This document shows positions 36,157 to 44,678 of a stretch of 44,678 nt of DNA, one piece after another. The notes under the pieces were generated by a model. The model made no database searches, was not told where the DNA came from, and worked only from the letters and a program-made list of their open reading frames with translations. The first letter of the stretch is position 1. Every line of letters starts with the position of its first letter. This DNA is from a virus (taxonomy: Duplodnaviria; Caudoviricetes). The stretch spans positions 1-44,678 of IMG/VR virus record IMGVR_UViG_3300030433_000377. One strand, given 5' to 3'. A program made the position numbers and the translations under genes.

Positions 36157-38054
36157 GTCAGATCCACAATCTCGCAAGAACCAGATGCACAAGCTAGGGT
36201 TTGCATACCGCTAGTATTGTCTTCTTGTTCATACTGAGAAAGCTCAGACCAGTCAATGCGGTCAGGCATCTTTTCTACCAACTCATTGTAGGTCTGCACA
36301 TCGCAGTCCTGGTAAGGTGCTTGCTGGTAGGTGTGATCTGAGTGCGGCAGGAATGATACGCCTGACATCTCATCGAAGTTCTTGTACACGAATGCACCAA
36401 CCTCTAGCCACTCTTCCTCACGTACGCTAATGGTAACGCTCGGCTTGTGTTCACACCAGTGACGCTGGTACTCTAGCCACATTTCTAGCTGCTCAATAGC
36501 GGTCATGTCGTTACGAGTAACTGACTTACCTGGCGCCTTCTGAGGGAAGCTGAAGACAGTAGTTGTTTCAGGCTTCATAACACAAGGCTCATTCGGGATG
36601 CCTTTGTCCTTCATGAACTGCGTCAGCGGGTCTTTGTTGTCGCCTCTTACTGTCCTGATGTAGTAGTCAGAGTGGCGAGCATGAATGCCGCTAGCACTAT
36701 CCACGAGCTGACTAACTGTACCAGACGGTTTGACGCAAGTAATTGCAGCAGAGGCAGGAATGTCCAGCCGAGTACTCCAAAGGCGATTAGTGTTAACAGC
36801 AATGTCTCTAAGATGTTCAAGGGTCTTATCCAGTCCTTTATTCTTCGTGGTCATCAGAGAGTTATCCATGATGCCAGTAAGAGATACGCCTAACAAACGC
36901 TCTGCCTCAGTGTTCTCTTTCCAGACCTTACGTAGGTACGGGAAGTCCGTATACATAGACTGAATAGTACCAAGGATCGTGGCTAGCTCTACCTTGCGCT
37001 CCAAGTCTTCAACGCTATCTGAGTTACGTACTACGCACTCTGTTAGGTTACAGAACTGGTATGGCCGCAAGGTGATTTCACTACATGGATTAGTACCAAA
37101 GTCATAGTTAGGGTCACGACGTCCGTGTTTCTCAGCTTGCTTCTTTGATGCTTGACGATTGAAGATACCACGCTCACCAGACTTAGACTCTACTAGAGCT
37201 AACCATTCACGCATGAACGTTTCCATGTCTGGTTTCTCTGAGTAACATACAGAGTTGTTAGCTAGTGCACGATGACCGGCAGTCTCCCACCACTGGCCGC
37301 TCTTAGCGTGGCGCATGCGGTCGTCTGACAGGTTCGACAGACTGATCATAGCTGAGCGACGTACGCCACCTACAACGACAATCTCACCAATCTTACACAT
37401 CAAGTCATGGCACTCGATGCTGGTCAGCTTACGGCCTTTCGCATTCTTGAACATGTTAATTGCAAACTGGAATAGCTCGACCAACGGACCAGGGCCAGAT
37501 GCACGACCTCCGAATGTCTTCAAGCGTGCGCCTGCGGGGCGTACATCATCAACGTTCCACTTCGGAATCTCACCCGCCCACAGCAATGCTAGTACCATGC
37601 GGAACGCTTTAGCCCAGCCTTCTTTGCTGTCGTGTACGTACACAACGCTCTCGCTGTCGAACATGTTCTCTGGCACTTCAGGTAGCTTGTTGATGAACTG
37701 ACGCTCTACAGAGAAGCCTACGCCTGTTCCGCATAAGAGAATGTACATAGCCTCGTCGAAGCTTTTAGGATCGTCCACTGGCAGATATGAACAGTTGTAG
37801 CCTGCGGTGTTGTCACGCTCTAGCGCTGGACCGGCAGTCATCATGGCACGCATTGACGGCATGATCTCCAGATTGAGAATTGCATCTTCAATGTCTGCTA
37901 CAATCTTCTCATCAGTCACAACAGGACGTACGATGTTGTCAATATAACGGACTACCGTATCAGTCCAGCTCTCCCGGCCTTTGCCATCGATATACTTGGC
38001 ATAGCGCGACTGGTGAATAAATGCTTGGTAGTCTGTTGGTAGGATATTACTCAT
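36153..38054 (-). CDS. nrdJ: Class II (adenosylcobalamin-dependent) ribonucleotide reductase
   Basis: MPSMR, YNCSY, GGVRRSA, TNPCSEI, TCVKPSGTVS, C-terminal CASGSC; no beta subunit nearby. Confidence 0.92.
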   Translation of the reverse strand: MSNILPTDYQAFIHQSRYAKYIDGKGRESWTDTVVRYIDNIVRPVVTDEKIVADIEDAILNLEIMPSMRAMMTAGPALERDNTAGYNCSYLPVDDPKSFDEAMYILLCGTGVGFSVERQFINKLPEVPENMFDSESVVYVHDSKEGWAKAFRMVLALLWAGEIPKWNVDDVRPAGARLKTFGGRASGPGPLVELFQFAINMFKNAKGRKLTSIECHDLMCKIGEIVVVGGVRRSAMISLSNLSDDRMRHAKSGQWWETAGHRALANNSVCYSEKPDMETFMREWLALVESKSGERGIFNRQASKKQAEKHGRRDPNYDFGTNPCSEITLRPYQFCNLTECVVRNSDSVEDLERKVELATILGTIQSMYTDFPYLRKVWKENTEAERLLGVSLTGIMDNSLMTTKNKGLDKTLEHLRDIAVNTNRLWSTRLDIPASAAITCVKPSGTVSQLVDSASGIHARHSDYYIRTVRGDNKDPLTQFMKDKGIPNEPCVMKPETTTVFSFPQKAPGKSVTRNDMTAIEQLEMWLEYQRHWCEHKPSVTISVREEEWLEVGAFVYKNFDEMSGVSFLPHSDHTYQQAPYQDCDVQTYNELVEKMPDRIDWSELSQYEQEDNTSGMQTLACASGSCEIVDLT

Positions 38055-38063
38055 TCTTTCCCT

Positions 38064-38285
38064 CTACAAAAGATGTAAAATTTTGCGACCTTTGTGGTCT
38101 GTACTTACATGGGCATAAAAGCCTAGCTCAGATTTGGCTAGGCTCTTTAGCTCTTCTAACAGATGCTTCTTTCGAATGCGACTGCGGATGGTTTTAGCTG
38201 AGTTGAGACTAACATGTCCATATATAATGTCAGCACTCTCAACCAGCGCTATGAATTTCTTACGTGTATATCTATCGATTGTCAC
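38064..38285 (-). CDS. Hypothetical basic protein
   Basis: Fills the gap between mazG and nrdJ; likely GTG start at 38285 (track start 38321). Confidence 0.55.
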   Translation of the reverse strand: MTIDRYTRKKFIALVESADIIYGHVSLNSAKTIRSRIRKKHLLEELKSLAKSELGFYAHVSTDHKGRKILHLL

Positions 38286-38583
38286 CGCTCCCCTGTAGTT
38301 TGCCTCTTTCCTGACGGTCACGTAGCTTGGCTAGGTTGTCATGCGCTACCTGTGCCATGTCTACATTCAAGTCTCGGCACAATGCTGCGATATACCACAA
38401 CACGTCACCGATCTCTTTAGCAATAGCATCTCGGTCAAACTTGTCGTCACGCAAGATCTTCTTGACCTTATCCGCTACCTCACCGGCCTCACCAGCTAAG
38501 CCTAGCGCTGGGTACAACACAGCGTGCTCAGCTTTGTAGATAGCAGTGCGAGCGGCTTCTTTCTGATAGTATTGCATGTTCAT
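38272..38583 (-). CDS. mazG: MazG-like nucleotide pyrophosphohydrolase
   Basis: LGLAGEAGEVADKVKK...KEIGDVLWY...GSGDNR. Confidence 0.9.
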   Translation of the reverse strand: MNMQYYQKEAARTAIYKAEHAVLYPALGLAGEAGEVADKVKKILRDDKFDRDAIAKEIGDVLWYIAALCRDLNVDMAQVAHDNLAKLRDRQERGKLQGSGDNR

Positions 38584-38751
38584 TTACGATCTCTCCTTTA
38601 CTTTAAGGTTAGCAATTTCTGTATCATCGATGTCGTACATAACATCTGTGATCATATCTTTAACGTCGTCTTCATGTTGCCATTCGGTTGACGAAAGTAT
38701 CATGTTGTCCTCTTCTACCTTCAACATGAATGACACGTTAAACTTCTTCAT
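38584..38751 (-). CDS. 55-aa acidic hypothetical protein
   Basis: Read by hand: MKKFNVSFMLKVEEDNMILSSTEWQHEDDVKDMITDVMYDIDDTEIANLKVKERS; abuts both neighbours; below the ORF-track cutoff. Confidence 0.75.
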   Translation of the reverse strand: MKKFNVSFMLKVEEDNMILSSTEWQHEDDVKDMITDVMYDIDDTEIANLKVKERS

Positions 38752-39008
38752 AGATCCTCTTTAGGTTCAAAGATGGCTGCTGAATCCGTACGTACTTCAG
38801 CATCAGTTTTAATCACTACTCTCGCGCCGCAGGATAATAAAGGCTTATCGTTGCCTCCATAGATAACCTTCGACGGCCCTAGTATCTCTACCTCATTACA
38901 GTAAGTGTTTTTCTTACCTTCTTTGATTGAGATAACGTAGTAGTCTGTACCGTTCTTTTTGTTGGCACGTATTCTGTGCTGATTAACATGGATGTATTTA
39001 GTGGGCAT
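38748..39008 (-). CDS. Conserved hypothetical phage protein
   Basis: IHVNQHRIRAN...GPSKVIY...LSCGARVVI motif. Confidence 0.75.
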   Translation of the reverse strand: MPTKYIHVNQHRIRANKKNGTDYYVISIKEGKKNTYCNEVEILGPSKVIYGGNDKPLLSCGARVVIKTDAEVRTDSAAIFEPKEDL

Positions 39009-39013
39009 CTTGG

Positions 39014-39655
39014 TTATCCTTTAATAGGTACGAGCCACTTCTTAATGCGCTCAATAACTGTCTTTCCGTCTCTCTTGTGCTTACTTTTGTGAGCAAAATC
39101 GTTGTCAAACCTAAGCGAAACTTCAGGAATGTCAACGAATACTAACTGAGCTAGTGGTGTACCGGCTGGAAGAGTTATGCTCTCGTTAATTGCTGGCGCT
39201 CTTATGTGTGTATTGATGTGTATCTCTAGATCATTACCTGGAGACAGTCTAACCATACCATGAATAGCTTGTACGTCTTTATACGATTCAGACCACCAAC
39301 AAGGTAATATCATCAGAGTAACTTCTCTATTAACAGCAAACCAAAAAGGGTTGTAGAACTTAACAGACCTATACAACATGCCGTCGGGGAAGGGGTACTT
39401 ACCAAACTGATTGCTAGGGTGGCAACCTGCTGCCGCACCTTCTGCAGACACCGCACTATATGTGTAATCCTGAGCAAGTCTGACCAGGAAGCCGTGCTTG
39501 AATAGGTTGATAAAAGAAGGACAATCTTTTGCTGTACCCCTATCGAAAGGTATATCACGAAACCACTGCGGTATGTGACGCTTCATTAGAGACGGGTGCA
39601 TAAGATTGTCTACATCCTGCTCCTCTGCATACGTTACAACCTCGACGGGTATCAC
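39014..39655 (-). CDS. Hypothetical protein, possible dUTPase-like beta fold
   Basis: PQWF...TAKDCPSF...KFYNPFW...LPAGTPLAQL pattern. Confidence 0.6.
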   Translation of the reverse strand: MIPVEVVTYAEEQDVDNLMHPSLMKRHIPQWFRDIPFDRGTAKDCPSFINLFKHGFLVRLAQDYTYSAVSAEGAAAGCHPSNQFGKYPFPDGMLYRSVKFYNPFWFAVNREVTLMILPCWWSESYKDVQAIHGMVRLSPGNDLEIHINTHIRAPAINESITLPAGTPLAQLVFVDIPEVSLRFDNDFAHKSKHKRDGKTVIERIKKWLVPIKG

Positions 39656-39891
39656 AAGATATCCTTACCCTCTAGCTGATTGATACGCATCTCTGCGTAC
39701 CGCATCACCTTGCGTAGGTCAGTAATCTCTGACTCGTCCACATCCATGCCGTCATACAGCTTGTATCCCGCACGACATGCGTACTTGATGATGTTACCTG
39801 TATGAAACGGTAGCTCGTTGGTCATGCAGAAAGTGACTGGCTCAATGGCAAAACGTGCATAGTGGCTTGGTTGATTGATGATATCGCTCAT
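39652..39891 (-). CDS. DUF3310 (T7 gp1.7-like) protein
   Basis: DIINQPSHY...GNIIKYACRAGYK...DLRK...Y. Confidence 0.85.
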   Translation of the reverse strand: MSDIINQPSHYARFAIEPVTFCMTNELPFHTGNIIKYACRAGYKLYDGMDVDESEITDLRKVMRYAEMRINQLEGKDIL

Positions 39892-40250
39892 GCGCTTCCT
39901 TTTGTTTCGCTATTAAATGACAGAGTATATACGTTACCGTCTTTGGTTATCTCTACAGGCTTCTCTTCCTGCGCTTCTGCTTCTGCATATTCATCAGGAA
40001 ACAACCGGCGTAATACTTCTGCTTTATACAAATGGATGTCTTCGTCTAGATCCGTGTACTCAGAGCCTAACTCATGATAGGCTAACAAGGTAACTGCCTC
40101 ATCTAGTGCTACAGCAAGTGCATCTTCGTCGCCTTCATCAGAGATAGCTAGAGTGCAAACCAGCGCACCGTCATACCCGGGTACGTCTCGGTCGAGGTCA
40201 TACTTCAGAGAGATAACCACTTCATTTGGGGCTAATGTTTTCGGGTCCAT
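39888..40250 (-). CDS. Acidic hypothetical protein
   Basis: 120 aa, coupled to neighbours; ends GNVYTLSFNSETKGSA. Confidence 0.7.
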   Translation of the reverse strand: MDPKTLAPNEVVISLKYDLDRDVPGYDGALVCTLAISDEGDEDALAVALDEAVTLLAYHELGSEYTDLDEDIHLYKAEVLRRLFPDEYAEAEAQEEKPVEITKDGNVYTLSFNSETKGSA

Positions 40251-40251
40251 G

Positions 40252-40674
40252 CTACGTCCTTTCGACAGTAAATCTTTTGGTCTTGGCTCTTGTGCCTGGC
40301 TCTTCTAGCCATTCTTCAGGAACCTCTTTGTCGGCCCACTTGAACCCATACTTGTCACACCAGTCGGAGTAACGGCTCTTTGCACCTTTGTATAACTTAG
40401 CACGAGCATTGCTGAAGACAAACCGAATGTCTAGCTCAGGATGCTGAGCCTGTATCTCTCGATGTTTGCGCCTATCCGCAGCACTGAAGATACCCTTCGT
40501 CTCAATAATAATACCGTTGTCTAACTCAAAGTCAGGCGTGTAAGTTCTGTATTTAAGATCACGCCATTCGATCTTCAGCGTCTCATATGCTAACGTCTTC
40601 TGGCGTTTCTTGAGGAAAGTAGCGACCACATGTTCTAGGCCGCTACGATATGTTCTAAGATGCTTCCGGGGCAA
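40252..40674 (-). CDS. Endonuclease I (T7 gp3-like Holliday junction resolvase)
   Basis: YRSGLE, YTPDF, IIIETKG, DIRFVF. Confidence 0.92.
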   Translation of the reverse strand: MPRKHLRTYRSGLEHVVATFLKKRQKTLAYETLKIEWRDLKYRTYTPDFELDNGIIIETKGIFSAADRRKHREIQAQHPELDIRFVFSNARAKLYKGAKSRYSDWCDKYGFKWADKEVPEEWLEEPGTRAKTKRFTVERT

Positions 40675-41509
40675 GACTAATGTACTCTACATCTGGAGGG
40701 TTACGGCTTTTGCTCACCTTAGAAGGCAGCACCTTGATGTCAGGCCAGCACTTATGTTTGAACGGACACCACTTACAATTGCTGTTGAGCACCATGTTGC
40801 CCGACGGTTTCTTGTAATACGTTTCTGGTTCAGGCTCAAAGCAGCGCTCGAAGGGTTCATCGTTTTCGATGTAGTCTACTAGCTCAACAATGTCCTGTAC
40901 CACAGATGGTACATCTGGTGTAGCGTCCACGTACTTGAACTCGCCATTGGCTTTATTTACGACCCACCAGCCGCCGACGCCTTTGTTAGCTGCGGTAGCG
41001 TAGCCTACAAGCTGTGCCACATAGCCGAAGCTATCTGACTTAGCCAAGGTTTCATACGAGTCAAACTTGTTCTTGTACGACCAAGGTGATGCCGACTTAA
41101 CGTCATCGATCTTGCCGTCCATTTCCATGTCGTACTCGCCTTTGATCTCTTGACCGTTAGGCAGCTTGAGAACAACACTAGCGTTGTCCTTAAAATCTAC
41201 GCCTGAAGCCCGTAGCAATCCTTTGAACACAGCTTCGACAATATCGCCTAGCATCATGTTCATCAGAAAGTGTGGCGGCAGTGGTGTCTTATCTTCAGGG
41301 TCGTTCTTCTCGAACCATAACTGGCACTTTGGCTTACCGATGTTAGACATCCGTAATTTAAAGTCACCACGCGGTCCTGAGTTGAACTGCTTCTGAAGTG
41401 CGGCAGTGACATCAGAGGCGACCTGCTCGATCACCTCCTCTGCCATGCTCGCTTTGCCAGCCATAGCGTCTTGCAAATACATGAAGACTTTATGTTCGGC
41501 TGGGTGCAT
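40655..41509 (-). CDS. PD-(D/E)XK exonuclease (Cas4-like)
   Basis: LRMSNIGKPKC, GEYD...DDVKS, GYVAQL, C-terminal CKWCPFKHKCW. Confidence 0.8.
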   Translation of the reverse strand: MHPAEHKVFMYLQDAMAGKASMAEEVIEQVASDVTAALQKQFNSGPRGDFKLRMSNIGKPKCQLWFEKNDPEDKTPLPPHFLMNMMLGDIVEAVFKGLLRASGVDFKDNASVVLKLPNGQEIKGEYDMEMDGKIDDVKSASPWSYKNKFDSYETLAKSDSFGYVAQLVGYATAANKGVGGWWVVNKANGEFKYVDATPDVPSVVQDIVELVDYIENDEPFERCFEPEPETYYKKPSGNMVLNSNCKWCPFKHKCWPDIKVLPSKVSKSRNPPDVEYISLAPEAS

Positions 41510-42405
41510 TACTCGTCCACTTCAACAAAGTCGTTGCTGTCGATAATGCTGTTCACTACCTTTGCATCTTCAGGGCTGATGCTTTTGTCGCTACGCTCGT
41601 GGTAAAGATCTAAGATACGCCCGTTAGCTGCTTCGATGCTATCCAGGAACATGTTCAACTTTTCGTTGTCACCTTCGTTGTCAGGGTTGAGTACTGTCTC
41701 ACCCTTCATAGCTTCGATCTTGCCAAACTTAGCACCCTTAGGAATGCTATCTTCAACGCCACGCATTTTAATTTCTGCCATGATCGGCAATTGATTATTA
41801 CGCGTAATGGCTCCAATAGCATCGTCTAAACTCTTGATGCTGTCTCGGTTCTTTACATCCATCACAAACGGGATCTTTGTAAAGTTGCTGCCTACGTTCG
41901 CTGGCTCACCCAGGGCATTGACAGGGTTGTCCAGCGTAAGCTCACCCATGTAGACTTTAACACGCTTAACAGTACGCATAAGCTGCTTGGTAGCTTCAGG
42001 AAGGGAGTTGAAGTCTTCGATATAGCCAGAGGGCCGACCGAGGTTAAACCCGCCTACGCTGTCTTGTAGATCTCCTTGTAGGTTTTGAGACATGACAGAC
42101 TTTTCCATCTCGCCAGTCTCGCCATTCCAGCGCTGCCATTGCTGACGTACCATGAAGATACGAATAGTTGCTGATGTACTATAGACGACATCTTCACCAT
42201 TTTGCACTTTGAATGCCCCGACAGGAACAACCTCTGTTTTGATCTGCTTACCGTTGAACTCAACTTCGCCCATAATAGGCTGGTGTACTTGAGTGATACG
42301 GTCAATCATCTTTGATGTCTTAGACTGCCCGCCTGATGGAGCAACGCCCATAAGCTCTGCCATTGACATGCCACGCTCTGCGGCAACGGTTAATTCTGTA
42401 CTCAT
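41509..42405 (-). CDS. Putative single-stranded DNA-binding/annealing protein
   Basis: Between polymerase and exonuclease, own promoter, acidic C-terminus DFVEVDE; no definitive motif. Confidence 0.55.
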   Translation of the reverse strand: MSTELTVAAERGMSMAELMGVAPSGGQSKTSKMIDRITQVHQPIMGEVEFNGKQIKTEVVPVGAFKVQNGEDVVYSTSATIRIFMVRQQWQRWNGETGEMEKSVMSQNLQGDLQDSVGGFNLGRPSGYIEDFNSLPEATKQLMRTVKRVKVYMGELTLDNPVNALGEPANVGSNFTKIPFVMDVKNRDSIKSLDDAIGAITRNNQLPIMAEIKMRGVEDSIPKGAKFGKIEAMKGETVLNPDNEGDNEKLNMFLDSIEAANGRILDLYHERSDKSISPEDAKVVNSIIDSNDFVEVDE

Positions 42406-42435
42406 TTACATACCTTTCTTTTAAGTCGGACGCAC

Positions 42436-42464
42436 AGTTATACTCTATACGTCCTTAGTGTCAA
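42436..42464 (-). promoter_or_regulatory. Leftward promoter TTGACA-N16-TATAACT overlapping the polA 3' end
   Basis: + strand TGTCAA at 42459-42464 and AGTTATA at 42436-42442. Confidence 0.75.
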
Positions 42465-44493
42465 GCCAGTTTGGACCGATAGCGGCTTCTAGTAGCAGTG
42501 GTACATTCATCTCAATGTTGTACACTTTCTGTACCAGATCGTTCAGTCCAGTATTCAAGTCGTTCACGATGTCGAGCACTTGGTCTTTTTCATCCGGGTG
42601 AATATCGACCACAGTACTGTCGTGAACAGTGTTAACTAAGCAGCTTTGCATGTTGCTCAGCCGACGATGCATTTCATTTAACACAACTGGCACCACGTCA
42701 CCAGTAGCAAAGCCCTGTACGGGATAATTCTTGATCATCGTGAAGTGTGATGGTGTGCCGTTTGACCGACGTCTCACATCCGGGAAGGCATACTGCCGCC
42801 CACTTACGTTAGTGATCTTGTTGAACCGTAGTGCTTCACTGCCTAGCTTCCGATGCCACGCAGCTATTCCTTCGTACTTTTCGACGAAGTGTGTGTAGTA
42901 GGCTTGCTCTGCCTTAGAGCGTCCATATCCAGTGGCTCCGAAGAGAGGGGCGAAGGTATGGGCTTTAGCTTCTTGCCTGCTCGTCTTTTGTCCGGCATCT
43001 GTGATGACCTTCGCCGTGTAGCTGTGGACGTCGAAACCTGTTGCGATCTCGTCCATTGCGGTCGTGTCTTGGGCCAGGAACGCTGCCGTCCTAAATTCGA
43101 GTTGGGCAAAGTCAGCCTCCATGATGTAGCCATTATCAAAACGCGACACAAACACGCGCTTCACTGGGAATGTACCACCGCGTGGCATGTTCTGCATGTT
43201 AGGATTGCGTCCAGAGAAGCGTCCCGTTGCAGTGATATGCTGCGTTAGCCCAACGTGAAGAAAGCTGTCAGGTTTAGTATAGCCATCGATACCGTCCACA
43301 AAAGCACTAAGATAACTGCTGACAGCAGAAAGACGCTTGAGGTCCGCAAGAAAGTCTCTAGCATCATCCATGCCGTTGTTTTGAGCAGTCGCCATGAGTG
43401 AATCGAGATTGTCTTTACCTGTGCCAAAACCATTAGCGCTAATCCATTTCTTACTTGGTGCCGTGAACCGCAGTCCGGCTATTTGTGATGTCTCTTTTAG
43501 CTGAAAACCACGAGTGTCGCAGTCTTTGCAGCGGTTAGGCCGGGCATATTTGGTGCCATCCTTCTTCAGCTTAAACACTTTGCCCACGCCTTCGCAGGTA
43601 GGACACGTAAAAGCCTTAGTTCGATAGATGGGTGAACTGTTAGCCTTGACGGCATCCTTGAACTCAGCAGGGGTATCAGTGAACTCGAACAGGTCAGCCC
43701 ATTCTTTCTTGTTATGTATGCGTCTACTGAATACCACTTGAGACATTTGCTCAGGGCTGTTCAAGTTAATAGGCGTATCACCCATTAGCTCACGAACTTT
43801 ACCCTGCAAACGGTGTTCAATCTCTGCACGCTCTTGCTCGAACTGCTCACGCACCCGGCTTAACTCGTCACGATCAACCTTGATGCCGTTCATGTACATA
43901 CGCGTGAGCGTCTTGCACGTGTCGAACGTTACTTGCTTGACGGTTTTGAGCGATTTAGCGTCGTCCCTGGCATAGTCTGCTTCAACAGCCAGGAAAAGCT
44001 CTCGAGTCGTCTTGAGATCGTGTTCAAGATAGAAAGTGAGATCTTTAAGTGGAATCTCATTAGTGTTATAACCTTTTTTGAAGTACTCTTTAAGCGTATC
44101 GTCCTTTTGTACAGGCAGATTGCGTCGCTCAGCACATGCCGCTAGGGACAGTGGCTGCTTCTGACCGCGTAGCAACAGGTACTCAGCCAGCATCGTGTCG
44201 TACACTTCACCGTCATACTTGTAGCCACATTCCCACAACCACATGAGGTCGTGCTGTGCGTTGTGCATGATCAATAGTGTAGCCTGATCGAGCACAGCCT
44301 GGATGGTCTTACGGCCCATGCCACTGTTGTCTTGATACTCAACGTGATCCAAAGTAAATGTCGCCATCTCTTCTGGATCATCTACGTTGAGCAGACCTAC
44401 CATTGTCAGCGTGTTACCAGGTTCGAACGGGTCGATGTGCTTACGCCCGTTGCGTTCACCTACGCTGTTCTCTACGTCCAGTACTAACCTCAT
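42445..44493 (-). CDS. polA: Family A DNA polymerase with 3'-5' exonuclease and DnaJ-like zinc-finger insertion
   Basis: LDVE, HNAQHD, TGRFS, NMQN, ADFAQLEFR, KAHTFAPLFG, NYPVQG, VHDS; CPTCEGVG and CKDCDTRG. Confidence 0.97.
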   Translation of the reverse strand: MRLVLDVENSVGERNGRKHIDPFEPGNTLTMVGLLNVDDPEEMATFTLDHVEYQDNSGMGRKTIQAVLDQATLLIMHNAQHDLMWLWECGYKYDGEVYDTMLAEYLLLRGQKQPLSLAACAERRNLPVQKDDTLKEYFKKGYNTNEIPLKDLTFYLEHDLKTTRELFLAVEADYARDDAKSLKTVKQVTFDTCKTLTRMYMNGIKVDRDELSRVREQFEQERAEIEHRLQGKVRELMGDTPINLNSPEQMSQVVFSRRIHNKKEWADLFEFTDTPAEFKDAVKANSSPIYRTKAFTCPTCEGVGKVFKLKKDGTKYARPNRCKDCDTRGFQLKETSQIAGLRFTAPSKKWISANGFGTGKDNLDSLMATAQNNGMDDARDFLADLKRLSAVSSYLSAFVDGIDGYTKPDSFLHVGLTQHITATGRFSGRNPNMQNMPRGGTFPVKRVFVSRFDNGYIMEADFAQLEFRTAAFLAQDTTAMDEIATGFDVHSYTAKVITDAGQKTSRQEAKAHTFAPLFGATGYGRSKAEQAYYTHFVEKYEGIAAWHRKLGSEALRFNKITNVSGRQYAFPDVRRRSNGTPSHFTMIKNYPVQGFATGDVVPVVLNEMHRRLSNMQSCLVNTVHDSTVVDIHPDEKDQVLDIVNDLNTGLNDLVQKVYNIEMNVPLLLEAAIGPNWLDTKDV

Positions 44494-44678
44494 GCTGAGT
44501 ACAGCGACCGTGTACCATCCAATTCACAGTGGATGACGCCATGGTAGCCGCCTTTCAGTTTGTTCTTAGCGATATTCAAATGACGCTGGGTGTCTAGCTC
44601 CTCAGCACCTTCAACCACAGGGTTCTTGCTGATAAGAATCATCAGGTCCGCTTCAGCAGCTTTACCTGTCTTGCTACC
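44490..44678 (-). CDS. Partial primase-helicase (DnaB-like C-terminus)
   Basis: Read by hand: GSKTGKAAEADLMILISKN...RHLNIAKNKL...; ATGA overlap with polA. Confidence 0.85.
   Translation of the reverse strand, partial: GSKTGKAAEADLMILISKNPVVEGAEELDTQRHLNIAKNKLKGGYHGVIHCELDGTRSLYSA

Noticed and set aside
38576-38764. + strand 62-aa ORF in the track
   Set aside because: Shadow of the - strand 38584..38751 gene, which is coupled to both neighbours
40655-41509. CRISPR-associated Cas4
   Set aside because: Stand-alone PD-(D/E)XK nucleases are routine in phage replication modules; no array or other cas genes
1-44678. tRNA, rRNA, integrase, transposase, intron or intein
   Set aside because: None recognised by eye; TerL, NrdJ and PolA are of uninterrupted size; a tRNAscan/Rfam run would be needed to exclude RNAs formally

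Overview
This is a ~44.7 kb piece of a marine podovirus genome, most consistent with the HMO-2011/CRP-type group and probably infecting an Alphaproteobacterium. The group call rests on a family-A DNA polymerase carrying a DnaJ-like CxxCxGxG insertion; the host guess rests on a DUF1127 gene and the promoter style. No phage RNA polymerase gene lies in the window. Bases ~190-1260 are a non-coding control/terminus-like region between a leftward partial gene and the rightward late arm (1268-34955). The late arm holds small basic proteins, an exported/membrane gene cluster, TerS/TerL, portal, two giant low-complexity proteins, scaffold, capsid, tail, internal virion proteins and lysis genes. It meets a leftward replication arm (PhoH, glutaredoxin, class II RNR, MazG, DUF3310, endonuclease I, exonuclease, SSB-like, PolA, partial primase-helicase) at a bidirectional terminator. 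Three observations stand out. (1) A [FYM]-x-x-G-G tag recurs about 11 times in six late proteins, alongside a module resembling the processed C-terminus of lambda gpH, suggesting a polyprotein/cargo-processing system. (2) A CUAC-stem-CCYC RNA module occurs three times, with covarying stems, in the scaffold and capsid leaders. (3) An overlapping envelope operon (lipoprotein, two secreted proteins, membrane coiled coil) is followed by an outer-membrane barrel gene. All family assignments are motif recognition by eye; no searches were run.
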